NCBI RefSeq assembly: GCF_006345805.1
Contig: NC_042998.1
Coordinates: 25,296,001 to 25,360,000 of the forward strand
Direction of reading: 5' to 3'
From: Octopus sinensis
Taxonomy: Eukaryota
DNA: 64,000 nucleotides
Shown: piece by piece, positions 13,364-27,230 of the stretch
How positions within the stretch are numbered: the first letter of the stretch is position 1
Layout: each line of letters begins with the position of its first letter
The notes under the pieces: generated by a model
What the model saw: the letters and a program-made list of their open reading frames with translations, nothing else
Told to the model about the DNA's origin: nothing
The model's database searches: none
Program-made: the position numbers and the translations under genes

Positions 13364-13769
13364 GTATATATCTGTGCGTGTATATGTTTGTGTGACTGTG
13401 TTTGTTCCCCCAACATTGCTTGACAACCGATGCTGGTGTGTTTACGCCCCCGTAACTTAGTGGTTCGGCAATAGAGACCGATAGAATAAGTACTAGGCTT
13501 ACAAAGAATAAGTCCTGGGGTCGATTTGCTCAACTAAAGGCTGTACTCCAGCATGGCCACAGTCAAATGACTGAAACAAGTACAAGAGCTATATCAATAT
13601 ATAGATTTCAAAATGAATTTTCTTGTTTTAACCATACCCCATACATTTGCCTTTTTAACTCACATTTTCTGCTTTCAAAGACTACAAAAATAAAACTTCT
13701 ATAGTTTATTATTTCTGATGCATTTTTAAAGCAGCCTCTGTTTGCTCATCTGGTATCCTAAACTGTTAA

Positions 13770-13991
13770 CCCTTTCGTTACTGTATTTATTTTCAGATGC
13801 TCTGTGTTTCTTTCAATTACTATAAAATGTAACAGGGAATTTAGTAAAATAACTTAGTTATCATTAAGCTAGTATTAGAAACATAAATTGTGACTAAGGT
13901 TTGGTGGAAGATTTTAATTCAAAACTTACGAAAACAAGACATTTGTACTACAGAGCCAGAGGCGGTTTCAACCAGGTTGGTAACGAAAGGG
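13770..13991. mobile_element. piggyBac-type MITE, copy 1
   Basis: TTAA|CCCTTTCGTTAC ... GTAACGAAAGGG|TTAA: 12-bp TIR with TTAA on both sides. Confidence 0.8.
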
Positions 13992-14011
13992 TTAAATTAA
14001 TCATTTGTTAA

Positions 14012-14216
14012 CTCTTTTCTTACCATATTTCTGTTGAGATGCTCTGTGCTTCTTTCAATTAATTTTAAATATAACAAAGGATTTAGTAAAATAACTGGTA
14101 TTAGAAACATAAATTGTGACTAAGGTTTGGGGGAAGAATTTAATTCAAAACTTACAAAAGCAAGACATTTGTACTCAGAGCCAGAACCAGTTTCAGCCGG
14201 TTTGGTAACGAAAGGG
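14012..14216. mobile_element. piggyBac-type MITE, copy 2 (adjacent, diverged)
   Basis: Homologous to 13770-13991 along its length. It starts TTAA|CTCTTTTCTTAC and ends GTAACGAAAGGG|TTGA. Confidence 0.75.
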
Positions 14217-16019
14217 TTGAAGCAAACGTAAATTAATGACATCATCGAAATCAGCAAGACGATGACAATACCAGTTTGTGTTGTGATGACTTCGAGCACT
14301 TTGCGTTCTTACACCTGTTCCCACCACTTTATTCTTTTAACTTAATATTGTCTTGCTACTTTTCATATACTTCATGGCAGCAATTCTTTCACCATATCTT
14401 CTGCTGTTCATACAGCATGGCTTTTCATAGCTGCCCACTTTTTAACACCAACTCTTAATGTCATTTCTTGGCTTTCAATGGCTGTCATCTTGTCAACAGA
14501 CAGCAAGTTACTTTCTTTAGCTTGTTTAAATCATGGCAGTTAATGCTACATTGAAGCACTGCATTCTATTGATTCTCATAAAATCTTTTGTTATAACATC
14601 TTTTTAAATAGATTGTAATAGTGTCTCGATACAAATTTTGTAAACTTGTGTTTGTATTTTGTACTCTTATAAAAACTATTCCTTTTCAATGAATTTTCAA
14701 CACTAGCATAAAATCTTGAATTTCGAGGGAGTGATGAGTCATTTAACTTGTCCCATTATTTGATGGGTACTTGATTTATTGACCCCTGGAAGGGTCAAAT
14801 ACACACTGACATTGGTGCAATGATAACGAAAGCAAGTTCTGACATTGGTAGAAAGCCACACATTTTTGAGGAGTGTATAATCAATTAAATCAACTACAGT
14901 ACTTGACTGGTACTTTAGTTTATTAGTATAAAGTTAAAAGAAAGATAAAAAGAAAACTAAATGTTACTCTTAACTCTTTTATTTGTTTCAGTCATTTGAC
15001 TGTGGCCATATAGAGCACCACCTTTAGACTAGCAAATCGACCCCAGGACTTATTCTTTGTAAGGCTAATACTTATTCTATCGGGTTCTTTTGCCGAACTG
15101 CTAAGTTACGGGAACATAAACACACCAGCATCGGTTGTCAAGCGATGCTGGGGGAACAAACACAGACACACACACACACATATATATATACATATACATA
15201 TATACGATGGGCTTCTTTCAGTTTCCGTCAACCAAATACACTCACAAGGCTTTGGTTGGCCCGAGGCTATAGTAGAAGACACTTGCCCAAGGTGTCACAC
15301 AGTGGGACTGAACCTGGAACCATGTGGTTGGTAAGCAAGCTACTTACCACACAGCCACTCCTGCACAGGATTTGAATTCAAACTATAAAGGGAGATAACT
15401 AAGTAGCACAATGCAATTTGTCTAGCACTTAACCAATTTGGTTATGTTATAAGGAATTTTTTAAAAAATGATTTCTTTTATTTGCCCCAAGGGCGTAGAT
15501 TAGGGGTCATCACAAGGACAGACAACAATTTGTATGGGGATTTTTGTAAAAGATGTGGAGAAAGAAACAAAAGACAGTGAAATGCTATAAACGTATACAA
15601 AATATACAAAGTATGTGATAACATGAATGATGCAGTCCTTATGATACTGGAGAAACTCCAGCTAGGGCTAATTAGGGAACTCCACAGATTCAGGATTACC
15701 CTGAGCATCAAAGGTACAAGCCCTCTCTCATGCTCTCCAGTTTATAGGCGCATACTTAGAGTAGGGTTTTTCACTCTGACCACTTTTGCCAGTTACCCAC
15801 ATCATCATCATCATCATCATTTAACGTCCGTTGAGAGAACCATCAAGGACTTATAAAAGCATTTTGCAACATTTAGTTGCATCCTTTTACATTCATTCTA
15901 AGTTCAAATTTAGAAGGGACACATTTGCCTGTCATCCTTCCGGAGTTGATAGAAATTGGTACCAATATATGTACTGGGCTTTATTTTATCAACTATTGTG
16001 GAGGGCACAGGTGTGTGGG

Positions 16020-16175
16020 GGGGAGATTGGGAGGGTTGGTTTCAAAAAGGAGGACACCCAAAACCAGGCAAGATGGCAAGATGGTATGAAGGTAGTTGCT
16101 ATGACATTGAGGTAGATTCAGCCACCCCTGTTAACGTGGAAAAAAACCCAGATTTAGAACACTGGATGATGATGG
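16020..16175 (+). mobile_element. Short decayed RTE-like LINE 3' remnant
   Basis: KEDTQNQARWQDGMKVVA...R* is followed by cagccacccctgttaacgtgga...ctggatgatgatg, resembling RTE 3' termini. Confidence 0.55.
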
Positions 16176-19043
16176 TAGTCCACACAAAGTTAGGGGCCTT
16201 AAGCTTTATGTTACAACTTATTTTTCGTTTTTGGATTTGGTTTGCAAGATTCTTTATATGAGTTCATGTGTTGAAGCATATTCTGTTGTGTCTGGGGAGA
16301 GTCATTTTCTCTTTTTGCCTTATAAAAAGCACCATCTGACCATGGCCAATGCCAGTGTCACCTGACTAGCACCTCTGCTGGTGGCACATAAAATGTGCCA
16401 TTCAAGTGTGGCCGATGCCAGTGCTGTCTGACTGGCACCCATGCGGTTGGCACATAAAAAGCACCATTCGAGAGTAGCCAATGCCAGTCTCCTGTGCCAG
16501 TGACATGTAAAAAGCACCTACTACACTCTCGGAGTGGTTGATGTTAAGAAGGGCATCCAGGTGTAGAAACCTTGCCAGATCAAACTGGAGCCTGGTGCAG
16601 CCTCTTGGCTTACCAGTCCTCATTCAAAATGTCCAACCCATGCCAGCATGGAAAGTAGACGTTAAACGACATTAATGATGATGATGATGTTCCTGTGTCA
16701 ACTAATATGTATGTATGTTTGTATGTATGCATATATGTGCATGTAGAATGAGCAAAAGAATGAAAGAAGATGCTAATTTGATAATAACCAGATATAAATT
16801 TGAAAACCAATATGTGTTCTTTGTACAATTAAATATTCTTTCTATATCTTTAGGTAGAACTATAAATTATTACATGGTTTGTGTCTGATTAGGGAAGGCA
16901 GTACAATGTACATAATCATATTTAAATTAACAGTCTTTAAACAGTAGTTAATGCTGGTGCTGTGTGCCTGCTTGACCCAAATTTAAATAAAACTTTTTTG
17001 ATCATTTTATAAGCAACAACATATAACTGTTTTGAACAGGAATTTCATTTTAAAATAATGCAGCTGTGGAATGAGTCGGAATAATGCAAGCATATATTAG
17101 TAGCTCACAGCTTTAGTGTACAGAAACATAATAATATGTATGGGGTAAAAATCTATATGATAACAGCACCAGTAAAATACAATAATTCTAAGATATTATT
17201 CTCAGAAACTGCACTAAAGTACATAATTTCTGAAAACTCATTCTATGGAATATTGATATATAAAGAAAATTATTTTGAAAGACATAAAAATAGATAAGAT
17301 TGAAATTGTTGCAAGCTGAATGTTGTAGCCTGCAGTAAATTACAATGAGAAGTGTTTGCTGATCAACAAAGGACATGAAGAAAATTGTTCACGGAAATGT
17401 ATTTCCATAATAAAATACAGCATTCCTTTAAAATAGTAACATACCGCATCATATTGGCTTGGAAACAAATTGAATGATTCTAGCACGAAGATTTATATAC
17501 AACCTGCAATTATTTAAAAAAAAAAAATCTTGAAAGTTTTCTGATAAATTCCTTGGGAGAAATAGATGAGTATAATGCTCATTATCATAAATATAATGGT
17601 GAAAGATAATACCCATGAGATTACTGAACAACATACAGTAATCAAATGCCAAATAATAATTTTCTATGACAAGGGAAGGCAAAATTTGCAAATGTCATTC
17701 ATAAGCTATGAGTAGGCTATGAAAACAATAGTAGGATGTTAATGTAAATTGAATATCATTATTGATTTGAAGCTGCTATATCTGAAGTGTTGTAGAAGAA
17801 TCAGTCAGACTGGTATGTAGCTACCTAATCATATGGCGTTGTGATCATAATGAATTTGTGTAAACAAATGCTCATAAATCAACCAAAAAGTAAGAAAGTT
17901 AAAGTAGACTCCATCAAGTCAAGAATATGAATAACAGCTAGCAATTAAATTTAGCTGTAGAACTTGGCTCTCCTACAGCAACCTTCACTATCAACCAAAT
18001 GCTTTATTGTCATTCATATATAGATATATGCATATATATTCTTTTATTTCTATTATTGGTTTCAGTCATTTTGACTGCGACCATGCTGGGGCACCGCCTT
18101 TAGTCGAGTAAATCAACTCCAGGACTTATTCTTTGTAAGCCTGGTACTTATTCTATCAGCCTCCTTTGCCGAACCGCTAAGTTACAGGGATGTAAACACA
18201 CAAGCATTGGTTGTCAAGCAATGATGGGGGGACAAACACACTCACACAAACACACACACACATACACACACATACACGCACACGCACACATGACAGGTTT
18301 CTTTCAGTTTCCATCTACCAAATCCACTCACAAGGCTTTGGTCGGCTCGAGGCTATAGTAGAAGACACTTCCCCAAGGTGCCATGCAGTAGGACTGAACC
18401 TGTAACCATGTGGTTAGTTATCAAAGTACTTACCATATAGCCATTCCTGTGCCTATATATATATATATATATATATATATAAGTATATGTATATATCATC
18501 ATCATCATCATCATTGATTAACGTCCGTTTTCCATGCTAGCATGGGTTGGACGATTTGACTGAGGACTGGTAAACTGGATAGCTGCACCAGGCTCCAATC
18601 TGATCTGGCAGAGCTTCTACAGCTGGATGCCCTTCCTAATGCCAATCACTCTGAGAGTGTAGTGGGTGCTTTTTACATGCGGCACAGGGGCTAGTGAGGC
18701 AGGCTTGGCAACGATCATGTTCAGATGGTGATTTCTATGTACCACCAGCACAGGAGCCAGTCTGGGGGTACTGGCATCAGTCTGCTATGTCCGTATATAT
18801 GTTAATTTTATTTGTTTTCTTTCCAATAAATTTTACTTGATTGTTAATATTGATGTATTTTTGTTTAGTACGGTACAATACCTCAGTTCTATAACGAGTT
18901 AATAAAATTAACCAGTTGTATGTGCTAGAGTAGGTTAAATCAACCATATCACTTCCATATAGCAGAGTAGCCTTTTACCAAAATATAAATGATGATGATG
19001 ATGATGAAATAAGAATATTACATTAAAAGGGTTTTCTGAATAA

Positions 19044-19123
19044 ATGATGATGATGGTGGTGGTGGTGGTGGTGGTGGTGGTAGTGGTGGTGGTGATGGTG
19101 ATGATGGTGATGATGATGACGAC

Positions 19124-19157
<34 letters not shown>

Positions 19158-19322
19158 GTGATGGTGGTGATGGTAATGATGATGATGGCAGTGATGATGA
19201 TGTTGATGGTGATGATGATGGTGATGATGGTGATGATGATGATGATGATGACGATGATGATTAAAGGTGATGATGATGATGATGATTAAGGTGATGATGA
19301 TGATGGTGGTGATGATGATGAT
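19044..19322. repeat. (GAT)/(GGT) microsatellite
   Basis: Directly visible. Confidence 0.95.
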
Positions 19323-19874
19323 TGTTTTTAACTTAGACACCAGGCTAGCAATTTTGAGGAGTGTGGTTTTGTTTTTTTTTGTTGATTACATTGACCTCAG
19401 TTCTTAACTGGTACTTTATTTTAATCAATCTCGAAAGGTTTAGAGGTAAATCTTTTATAATTATAATCATCATCAACATTACCACCATCATCATCATCAA
19501 CATCACTATTAGTTTACTACTGCTACTACTACTGCTGCTGCTGCTGCACCACCACCCTCACTGCCACAAATGCTCAACTCATATAACAAGTGGTGTATTG
19601 GCAGAGTTACAAGTATTTTTCTGTAAGTCTTTGGGATCTGGGCTCAAATCATACCAATGTCAGTTTTGCCTTTATTCTTTTATTCTTTTACTTGTTTCAG
19701 TCATTTGACTGCAACCATGCTGGAGCACTGCCTTTAGTCAAATCAAATCGACCCCAGGACTTATTCTTTGTAAGCTTAGTACTTATTCTATCGGTCTCTT
19801 TTGCCGAACCACTAAGTTACAGGACGTAAACATTGGTTGTCAAGCGATGTTGTGGGGACAAACACAGATACACA

Positions 19875-19939
<65 letters not shown>

Positions 19940-20821
19940 TATACAACGGGCTTCTTTCAGTTTCCGTCTACCATATCCACTCACAAGGCTTTGGTCGACC
20001 TGAGGCTATAGTAGAAGACGCCCAATAAAGTACCAGACAAATTCAGGGGAGATTCTTCTTTTTAGTCCTTCTCTCAGAATCATCAATATTGCACTGTAAG
20101 AAGAATCTTTGGAGACCACACGCAGTGTTCTTTTCTCCAGAAATGGAAAATGGCCGAGTGAAGGACTAGCAACATTTTATCATAGAAAAACTGACATACA
20201 GTTGGAGCCCTCAAAGAATGGACCAATGTGTGCAGTAAGGCATGGAACAGAAATAAACAAAAGATTCATATTAGCAGCTTCAAGACTGTAAAATCATTTA
20301 AAATTTAATTTAATAATTTTGTTTTCAAACTAAAGAACTAGAAAAACTGTAGAGAGTGATAAAGAAAATCTACAATATGTGAGATATGAAAATAATAGAA
20401 TTCTTGATCAAAAAGTTTTTTGCAATCAACAGAATTGACAAACTAAATTGTGTACTTTGATATCTATAGAAAATTGGTTTATGGCTAAAATATCCCATTT
20501 TAATATAAGACAAAATAAACGAAGAAATATGATTAACAGAAAGTTGCACACATTATAGGATGATGTATTAGCAAAACAAATTTTCATTCTTTATGAATGT
20601 GATCAAAGAAATTATTTATTCCTCTCTCTAGCAGTGATTATAAAACGGTAAAAGTTTAAAAGATTAGAGAAAACATTGGGCTTCACATTACAGATTCTCT
20701 TTGCATTGTATCAGAATAAAAGACTGGATTGGATGGTAGTGGCTGGAAAGCCTTTATTCATAGATCTAAAACAGGGATGACCGAGGTCTAAAGAATTTTT
20801 GTCATTTTATTATTTACTATA

Positions 20822-21274
20822 TTACTTGTACTTGTGACTGCGTTCACCCAGGGTGGATTGAACTGGCTTCTTCTCTGGTCCTGACGGTATCATGAAACAT
20901 GGCAGCCCATGCTCGATGGTTCTGTGCAGGGTCACTGGAGATAGAGAGCCATTCGCGGTTCCATCTGCGCAGACCGACCACCTGCAGACCTGTGAGTTTG
21001 GAAAGGTCTTCCTTTATTGTCATTGCCCAGGTCTTCATCTGTCCACCCGTGCATTTGCGCCAGTTGGGGAGTGGAGGTGGGAGGAGGACATCGCGAATCA
21101 GCTCACCCTCTGGATGCTGGGCTGCATGACCGAACCACCTTAAGTGTCGTTGTAAAAGCATTGAAGGTGGTGGGGGCTGGAGATTCAGGCGATGATGAAG
21201 ACTGGCTGTAGGAACTCGATCAATGCATTGGCAGCGAAGAATGTGGCGGAGACAGTCATTGTCGAACACCTCGA
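20822..21274 (-). mobile_element. 5'-truncated RTE-clade LINE 3' end
   Basis: ORF EVFDNDCLRHIL...LRWFGHAA...GGQMKTW...KEDL...RAW is a typical RTE C-terminus. It has a short 3'UTR with a (CAAGTA) tail. Confidence 0.85.
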
Positions 21275-22224
21275 TTTACTATATGGAAGAGAAAAGCCTA
21301 ATAAAGATTTCAATTGATTTTGCAGCCACATGATCCTGGGTTAATACCACTGTGTGGTACTCTTGTGCAAGAGTCTTCTATCATACAGATTCCCTGACTC
21401 CTTGTTAGAATTAACTAGGTGTTTGGGGTCTGAAAGCTCTTTCTAACTCCAAACTACAGATCTGTCAAGAATGTCTTAAGAGAACCACAGGATTCTGGAA
21501 AGGAATCAATATAATTTTTTGTACTGTATTTGGTTTGACAATAAGCGCAAAAAATAATGTGTGATTCAGAAGTTTACTTGTCAGTCACATGACCTTGGCA
21601 TCATGCCTCTTTTGTGGGACCATATCAAGAGTCTTCTACCATAGTCTTAAATTGAGCAGTAAGGGAAATTTGGTGTGAAGGTGGTTTGCTCAGTGGTTAG
21701 AGAGTCAGGCACATAATAATGAGGTAGTGTGTTGAGTTCTTGAGCAAGACACTTTATTTCATGTTGCTCCAGTTCTCTCAGCTGTAGAAATGGGTTGCAA
21801 TGCCATTGGTGCTGAGCTGTATCGGCCTTTTCTTTTATCTTGGATAACATCAGTGACACGGAGCATGGAGGCTGGTATGTATAGGTGACTACTGGTTTTC
21901 CATAAGCAATCTTGCCCAGACTTAGACCTAGGAGGGGAACTTTCTAGGTTTAATCCCATGGTCATTCATGACCGTAGGGGGTTCTAACCCTAGAAGTGAA
22001 ATTTGGTAAACATAAACTATGTGGGTTGGTGTATATGTATGTAATTATGCCACCAAAGAGAGGTAACTCTCTAAAAGTAGGTTAACTCAACCATTTGATA
22101 AAGAGATATCAATAAGATGATTGCCATACTAAGGAAAAGGATTGATTTAAGTCACTGAACAAACCATTAAAGAAGGTGTCCTAGCATGGCCACAGTTGAA
22201 TGTGTGAAAGCAGTAAAAAAAAAT

Positions 22225-22453
22225 ATTTAATTTTTACATTAATGAAAATTCATTAATTAACATCATCATCATAGGCGCAGGAGTGGCTGTGTGGTAAGAA
22301 GCTTGCTTCACAACCACATGGTTCTGGGTTCAGTCCCACTGCATGACACCTTGGGCAAGTGTCTTCTACTATAACCTCAGGGGCTGACCAAAGCCTTGTA
22401 AGTGGATTTGGTAGACAGAAACTGAGAGAAGCCCATTATACATACATGCATAC

Positions 22454-22498
<45 letters not shown>

Positions 22499-22536
22499 GG
22501 GCTTTATATATAAACAGAAAGAAGCCCATTATACAT

Positions 22537-22594
<58 letters not shown>

Positions 22595-22805
22595 GGCTTC
22601 TTTCAGTTTCTGTCTACCAAATCCACTTACGAGGCTTTCGTCAGCCCCCGAGGTTATAATAGAAGACACTTGCCCAAAGTGTCATGCAGTGGGACTGAAC
22701 CTGGAACCATGTGGTTGGGAAGCAGGCTTCTTACAACACAGCCACTCCTACATCTATGATGATGATGTTGAATAATGAATCTTCATTAATGTAAAAAAAA
22801 AAATA
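22225..22805. repeat. Fold-back inverted duplication (~210 bp arms) centred on TA/CA microsatellite
   Basis: The SINE 5' half plus its unique flank (ttacattaatgaa...catcatcatagg) is mirrored at 22593-22800. Confidence 0.85.
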
Positions 22806-22812
22806 TATATAT

Positions 22813-23150
22813 GTGAAGGCGCATAGCTCAGTGGTTAGAGCATCGAGCTTACGATTGTGAGGTTGTGAGCTCGGATCCCGGACCTGGCTGCATGATGTGT
22901 TCTTGAGCAAGACACTTTATTTCACATTGCACCAGTTTACTCAGCTGTAGAAATGAGTTGCGACGTCACAGGTGCCAAGCTGTATTGGCCCCTTTGCCTT
23001 TCCCTTGGCTAACACTGGTGACGTGGAGAGGGGAGGCCGGTATGCATGGGCGACTGTTGGTCTTCCATAACAACCTTGCCCAGACTTGTGCCTGGGAGGG
23101 TAACTTTCTAGGTGCAAGCCCATGGTCAGTGTCATGACCGAAGGGGGTCA
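22813..23150 (+). mobile_element. Family E CORE-type SINE (other copies ~21682-21990, 51470-51635 on -, 43748-43808)
   Basis: tagctcagtggttagagc tRNA head followed by gtgttcttgagcaagacacttt...cagctgtagaaatg (CORE-like domain). Confidence 0.75.
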
Positions 23151-23152
23151 CA

Positions 23153-23247
<95 letters not shown>

Positions 23248-25416
23248 ATATTTATATATATACATACACATATAAATATATATGTATGTATGTATGTATG
23301 AATGTGTTCGTTATTTGCTTCTGCGTTTGTCCCTCCACCATTGCTTGACAACCGATGCTGGTATGTTCATGTCCCTGTCACTTAGCAGTTCAGCAAAAAG
23401 AGACCGATAGAATAAGCACTAGGTTTACAAGAAATAAGTCCTGGGGTCAATTTGTTCGACAAAAAGGTGGTGCTCCAGTATGGCCACAGTCAAACGACTG
23501 AAACAGATGAAAGAAAAAAAGTAATAAAAGAATAAAAGAGTCATCATCATCATCATCATCATGCAATTCCGGTTTCCATGCTGGCATGGGTTGGACAACA
23601 TGTGTCTCAAATTAAATTTCAATATGTCGCTCAAATTAAATTTCCTTTGCAGCTGAACTAAATATGATTTTTAAATATGACATATATTCTAAATTGCATC
23701 TTAAACAAATTCACCTCTCAAGCATTCATCAATTACATACTATTTACATCTTGGGAGTAAGAAAAATTAGGCCATTTTTCTGTTTCTTTGTGTATTTAAT
23801 TTCACTTTACATTTTGGTTACAGCAAAAAAGAAAGAAAAAAAATCTATCTATAACTTTGTCTATCTATATTGTATTGATTGTAATTTAACATAATTGAAT
23901 TTATTAAAACATTGTGAAGAAACGACAGTTGGCAGCAGAGAATTTAATTAATATTAAGAATGGGAACAATAACAATATTGACAGAATGTGCATAGAATAT
24001 ATACATATCATTAGTTCCAGCAGAAAACTACCATTTCTTTCATAAAATTCATATCAAGTAATTTTTCCAAAACTGCACTGCATACGATTCACTGAAGTCC
24101 ATGATGAGTCAGTCAACTTGTATTTTATATTAGCTGAAATAAAGAAAATATAACTATCTTAAGACTGTTATCTTACACAATTTAAATTATACTAGAAGAT
24201 TTTGTTGTTAAGTGGCTGATGGTCAAGTGCTAACACCTGCTCATATTATATATTTGAATATCATCCAATCCACTTAAGAAACACAAGAGTTTACTTTTTA
24301 AATAAACAAGAGAAAATAATTACTTTTTTGAAATTATACATAAAGCAAGAAAAGAATTTAAATGAAACATTTTTTTCCTAAATTCATTATTTTTGCAAGA
24401 ATATAGTAATATCTTTTATTTGAGATCTTATTCTTGTCATAAAGTGACTAATATAGTATCATCTTTATACTTCAAGGTCAGAGTGGCAAATTGTTTATGT
24501 AAAGTGATTTTTAACAAAAGATTGAATTAAATCTGATGCATGTGTTATTAGGTTACAAATTTCTAATAAAAAATATATGACATTATTGTAAGTGCCAATT
24601 ATAAAAGTGTGGCACCAAAATATAACATCATCATTGATTTTTAACATCTGTTTTCCTATTCTGTTATGACACACTTCAACACATCAGGATCTTTTATCAT
24701 CTTAACCTGCAGCCCAATGTTCTAAGATCTGACCTCACCACTTCTCCCCATATCTTTCTTGCCTTTCTTCTACCATAGTGGTCTTTAACAGTCACAACAA
24801 GGAATTTATAACACAGTCATCTGATCAGCTAGAAATACCAGTCAAATTCCTTCAAATATCATCATCATCATTTAACGTCCGTTGTCCATGCTGGCATGGG
24901 TTGGACAATGGACATTAAATGATGATACCTTAATATATTAAAACTACAAAGAATAGAATGGAATGAGTTGTCCCCTGGTACACAGAATGACAAGATATTT
25001 TGGCTGGAATACATTTGATTATATGTCTTGTTAATCAGAGCAGACCTGGAGCTAATTAAAGAACTACTTTCAACAGATAGCACTTTTCAAAATCAGAACT
25101 TATAATCCATTTACGCCATTTATCCATATTAGTGCTATTCCACATACTTTAGCTATTACACTAATGCCCAGCCATTATTTTAGCTTCCTAAAGGCAGCGA
25201 GCTGGCAGAAATGTTAGCATGCTCGGCAAAATACTTAGCGGTATTTTGTCTGTCTTTATGTTCTGAGTTCAAATTCTGCCGAGGTCAACTTTGCCTTTCA
25301 TCCTTTCAGGGTCGATAAATTAAGTACCAGTTACATACTGGGGTCGATGTCATCGACTTAATCCCATTGTCTGTCCTTGTTTGTCCCCTCTATGTTTAGC
25401 CCCTTGTGGGCAATTA

Positions 25417-25830
25417 TAGGCGCAGGAGTGGCTGTGTGGTAAGTAGCTTGTCTACCAACCACATGGTTCCGGGTTCAGTCCCACTGCGTGGCACCTTGGG
25501 TAAGTGTCTTCTACTATAGTCTCGGGCTGACCAAAGCCTTGTGAGTGGATTTGGTAGACGGAAACTGAAAGAAGCCCGTCGTATATATGTATATATATGT
25601 ATGTGCGTGTGTGTGTTTGTGTGTCTGTGTTTGTCCCCTAGCATTGCTTGACAACCGATGCTGGTGTACTTATGTCCCCATTACTTAGCGGTTCGGCAAA
25701 AGAGACCGATAGAATAAGTACTGGGCTTACAAAAGAATAAGTCCTGGGGTCAAGTTGCTCGATTAAAGGCGGTGCTCCAGCATGGCCGCACTCAAATGAC
25801 TGAAACAAGCAAAAAGAGTAAAAAGAGAGA
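25417..25830 (+). mobile_element. Family A tRNA-derived SINE (representative; other copies ~11500-11905, 12770-13590, 14970-15366, 18040-18455, 19672-20022, 36129-36698, 37700-37860, 50848-51245, 60443-60885, 61070-61525)
   Basis: Head ggcgcaggagtggctgtgtggtaag...gggttcagtccc (A/B box-like), caccttgggcaagtg CORE-like segment, internal (TA/TG)n and an (aaaagagt)n tail. Confidence 0.85.
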
Positions 25831-27199
25831 GAGTATGCTGGGCGAAATACTTAGCAGTATTTTGTCTGTCTTTATATTCTGAATTCAAATTCCGCCTAGG
25901 TTGACTTTGCCTTTCATCCTTTCACGGTCAATAGATTAAGTACCAGTTGCATACTGGAGTTGATCTAATCAACAGGCATCCTCCCCCAAAATTTCCGATC
26001 CTGTGCCTTTAGTAGAAAAGATAATTTTAGCTTCCTTGCACTACACCTTTCATGTAAGCTAACATGACACATCCAAAATACTACAATGGATTGTTTCTCA
26101 CTAGTTTTTGCTGCAGGTCCTTCACACATATAGTATTTCTTACACATACTTCATACAGCATAGTTTATATGGAGACAGAAACATTTTGCTTCCAAAAGAT
26201 ACAACAATTCCATCAACTTCAATTGCGTCAATTTACCACTTGAATACATTTTATTAAGTATCAGATAAATGTATATAGCTTATTGCTAATAGATTTTATA
26301 ATCATTTAAATAATTCTAAATGATTCTATGCTTCTAACCAAAAGATTGACAACAATAAATTATATAATAAATTACTTTCTTTTTAAAACGCAATACAAAA
26401 ACCCCAGACAAAAATAAGAAAGAACATCAGTTCAAAAATTATGTTTATATCACTAATTCCATTCAAATTAGTCTTGTATAGAATTAATCCTATTAGTAGC
26501 AAACAAACGTTGTACTGTCAACATTTATTAAGTACTTAAATCTGTAAGCATAATTTTGTCAATGAAATTACATCTTTCAGAGATGCAGAAGACAGGATAT
26601 CATCTTAGTTTTCTGCTTGGTTTAACATCTGTAATCTCTTTATGGAGAAGACTATATTTAAAATATTTTGAAAGAAAACTTCAGCAAGCCACTAGCTCAG
26701 AACTTAGCACTCTGACTTAAGAAGGTTAGAAACATACATCAGTGGATTAACGCAAAGGATGATGCTCATATATTGAGAACTGATAAGTTTTTCAGACTGC
26801 TCTCTGGAACAAAGAAAATTCTGAATATTATTATCTTGGAAATCTTTATATTATCTTTCATTGTTCTCCATGCTAAAGGATCATACTACTGTTTCAAAGA
26901 CTAAACATGAATTTTTAATAGAATTATTAAACTTCTTATTCTGTAATATGAGCAATTCTGCTAAGAGTTGGAGCTGTGGTTAAATTTTAGCTTTAGTCTT
27001 ATATGTTATTTCCTTTCACATCAAGCAGTAGACATAACTGTGAGGTTGAAATAGCAACCATACTGGTTCTGAGTATAAACTCATTGCATCAAACCTTGAA
27101 GTACCATGATTAATGTCTTGACTGTAGAATTTAGTTGAAAGAAACTGTGCAGAAGCCCATCACATACACACACACATATCTCTTCCCCCTCTCTCTTTC

Positions 27200-27230
<31 letters not shown>

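Noticed and set aside
26583-26720. 45-aa small ORF with a hydrophobic stretch after an acceptor-like site
   Set aside because: No homology recognised, and such ORFs are expected by chance.
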